64,000 nt of DNA from Octopus sinensis. Its lineage: Eukaryota. The notes under the pieces were generated by a model, which did no database searches, had not been told where the DNA came from, and was given only the letters and a program-made list of their open reading frames with translations. The stretch lies in assembly GCF_006345805.1 (NCBI RefSeq), contig NW_021835999.1, forward strand, positions 306,616 to 370,615, read 5' to 3'. The translations under genes and the position numbers were made by a program. Positions 61,891 to 64,000 of the stretch are shown here, one piece after another. Within the stretch, counting starts at the first letter, position 1. Each line of letters opens with the position of its first letter.

Positions 61891-62892
61891 CTATAGTGAT
61901 AGTTTATTGACAAAATATAAATCGTTCAATATTGCAGCAATCAAATCGACCTGAAAAACGTTCTTTTCAAAGTACTGGAAGCCTTCCTCCACGTTCAAGT
62001 CCCTGAATTCATTCTCGTCGTGTTTTATCAAATTTACGATGCTGTGTTCATCACAAGGTCTGGCATTGTCGTCGAATATGACTTGCTTTATTTTGTCTCT
62101 ATCGCTGACAAAAAATGGCTTTCCCCAATTGAGTGAGTAGCCACTCAATTCCCACGTGGAGTATTCGTCTACAATTCCTGTTATGCCTTCCGTTAAGACC
62201 GTCCAGTTGTAGAATTCCCCAGTATTTCTGCAGATCGTCTCCCCCTCCGAGTCGAGTAATTTTATTTTATGCGGACTGCTGCTTCTGCGAATGTGGAATG
62301 GCTTCCTGTTCACGCTGATTTCCCGACGAGTATTTATTTTATACATTGGATGACGATTTTGTAGAAAAAGTTGGACACATTCCAAAGCTTGAGGACAGTC
62401 CATGCCAAAAGTGCGAATCACAAGAGAAAAGTTGACATTTTTTACTACCAAGTGTCTGAGAAGGTAGTACAGCGAAGGAAGAATGAAGTGATATTTCACT
62501 CGGGATTCCCCCTCTATGAAGAATTGAGTCCATCTTGTGTCTTTATGCTGCCATTGAAGTTTGTCGAGCAGTTTTTTGTAAATTTGCCTCACTTTAACCC
62601 CAGAATCTGATTCCACAAACTTCCCTGTCAACTCTCTGATTTTTATTCTATCAACTGCTGTGTCTCGAGCCTGCATTTCTATGTGGTTATAAAAGGAAAT
62701 GAGTCCATTCTCTGGCTGTTTAAGAGACAGGACATCATGAGTCATTCTCCATGTTCCATCTTTCGAATCGACACTCCCCCAGGCCACACTGCTTAGGTAG
62801 GATGCAAGGCACGTCTCCACTCCGGTGTTGGTAAATGTATCAGCTACGAGGGTAGTGTTTCTGAGGTCTATGTGAATTACTAGCTTTTCCAT
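61891..62892 (-). CDS. Intronless 333-aa conserved uncharacterised HAD-like protein (si:dkey-32e6.3-type family)
   Basis: Single ORF with KLVIHIDLRNTTLVADT, YHFILPSL, LVIRTFGMD, HPM, GKPFFV, QVIFDDN and QVDLIAAIL..YF. Family assignment is from recalled motifs. Confidence 0.7.
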   Translation of the reverse strand: MEKLVIHIDLRNTTLVADTFTNTGVETCLASYLSSVAWGSVDSKDGTWRMTHDVLSLKQPENGLISFYNHIEMQARDTAVDRIKIRELTGKFVESDSGVKVRQIYKKLLDKLQWQHKDTRWTQFFIEGESRVKYHFILPSLYYLLRHLVVKNVNFSLVIRTFGMDCPQALECVQLFLQNRHPMYKINTRREISVNRKPFHIRRSSSPHKIKLLDSEGETICRNTGEFYNWTVLTEGITGIVDEYSTWELSGYSLNWGKPFFVSDRDKIKQVIFDDNARPCDEHSIVNLIKHDENEFRDLNVEEGFQYFEKNVFQVDLIAAILNDLYFVNKLSL

Positions 62893-63289
62893 TTCAATCG
62901 AATTAGGTTGCGTAGTTGACAGTACTTATACCTGGATGGGTTCCAGGACCGTTCGATGACGCAGGTCATATTTGAACAACTTTCGATTAATGATAGCCAA
63001 ATTATTGATTTTATAATAGATTATTAAAGTTACAAACTATTAAAAACCAATTTTGAACTGGCAGTCCTATAAATCTATTTAATGAACTAACAGACTAGTT
63101 TTTTATTGAGTTCTTACGTGTTTAGAAATTTGAGAATACGAAAAGACATAACTTTTCAATTTCTAAAAGGTTATTTGATTCAAACAAAAAATATTTGTAG
63201 TATAGTATTTGTTCGACTTTGTACAACCGCTCTCAGAATTGCCATAAGTAATTTCGAAAACTAGTTTATCGAATTTGGATGAAATTTAA

Positions 63290-64000
63290 TGTCACAGGCT
63301 GGATAATGCCCTGGGTTGGATAATACCCCCTTAAAATTTTTTTTAAAATCAAACGAAAATAACCTAATAATTAATTAAAAATAACTTGATAATGGAATTA
63401 AGTCGATTTATTCAATTTTTTATCAATTTTTTGATTGAAAGAATTTTTCAAAGAGTCGGCAAAAACCGGCATCACCAATTTTTCCGAATCAATAACGTAT
63501 TTTATTATAATTATACAACTTTTTAGGTCTACCATTTAAAAACAAATAATAAAAATTCATGAAGTTTTATTATATAAAATTTTTTTTATAAGAGTCATAT
63601 TTTTTTATACGACTTTTGTCTACATATTTGGATGATTCGTCATTAAGATCTTTAAGTATGCACTTGTCTTTATCAACCTCCGATATTTCATATATAGTGG
63701 AATCAATCTGATCGTATAGGGGGTATTTTCGGTTATTTGGATTCGCATCAATATCATGTCTCAGTAGGACATTATCTCCTACGGCTAACTCATCAAATTT
63801 CCTTTTCCTTTCCTCCGCCTCCTTTTCATTTTTTCTTCTCCGGCGAGAACATGGCTTTCATACCACGCTAGATTAATTTAAAAAAAACTTTGATAAATTA
63901 CTAAAATAATTAAGAAAATCAAAAATCTAATCATAATAATTTGAAAAAATATTTATTTTTTTAAATAACGTTGAGGGGGCATTATCCAACCCAGAGCATT
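63290..64000 (-). mobile_element. Internally deleted Ginger-like TIR element (TGT terminus) retaining an integrase C-terminal remnant; right TIR runs off the window
   Basis: Left end TGTCACAGGCTGGATAATGCCCTGGGTTGGATAATACCCCC. 63975-64000 is the reverse complement of 63305-63330 (24/26). The minus-strand remnant VGDNVLLRHDIDANPNNRK resembles IGDIVRIQKDYGTNPSLR of the 15-kb integrase. Confidence 0.65.

Noticed and set aside
62910-62945. GTACTTATACCTGG resembling the U1 snRNA 5' end
   Set aside because: It does not match ATACTTACCTGG, and no U1 stem-loops or Sm site follow.
1-64000. Microsporidian or myxozoan origin, suggested by compact genes and similar TE families
   Set aside because: IDH3A, protocadherin and UNC-13 exclude microsporidia. 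Hunchback and motile-cilium genes argue against myxozoans.

Overview
This is eukaryotic (animal) genomic DNA, not prokaryotic. Intergenic DNA is AT-rich and genes are very compact, split by many GT-AG introns of about 20-40 nt, so the ORF track shows only exon fragments. Host genes recognised, in order: GCN1 (3' end off-window), PXK, a protocadherin, IDH3A, a miniature CFAP68/C11orf1, an orphan innexin 3' exon, a possible CLAMP-family gene, ANKAR, hunchback, unc-13, a CGGBP1-like zinc-finger gene, a FERM-PDZ-PTP phosphatase (PTPN3/4-like), UFC1, OXR1/NCOA7-like, RNGTT and an intronless HAD-like gene. A 6.54-kb tandem duplication (1648-8185 / 8186-14729) copies PXK and the 5' part of GCN1 and breaks inside a MITE. 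The region 50.5-61.8 kb is a nested transposon stack. An RLE-type non-LTR element is split precisely at an A|T by a 9.06-kb composite Helitron. That Helitron has two 3' ends, a 5'-truncated RepHel carrying a Tc1 insertion, and two inverted arrays of a ~94-bp minisatellite. Also present are an intron-containing Ginger-like integrase, TGT...ACA MITEs (one inside a protocadherin exon), and decayed hAT, CRE, LINE and pogo/Tc1 remnants. Hunchback, innexin, motile-cilium genes and ultra-short introns suggest a reduced spiralian such as a dicyemid or orthonectid (inference only). No rRNA, tRNA or CRISPR was found. Protein family calls rest on remembered motifs, not database searches. Many frameshifts lie in homopolymers and may be sequencing errors.
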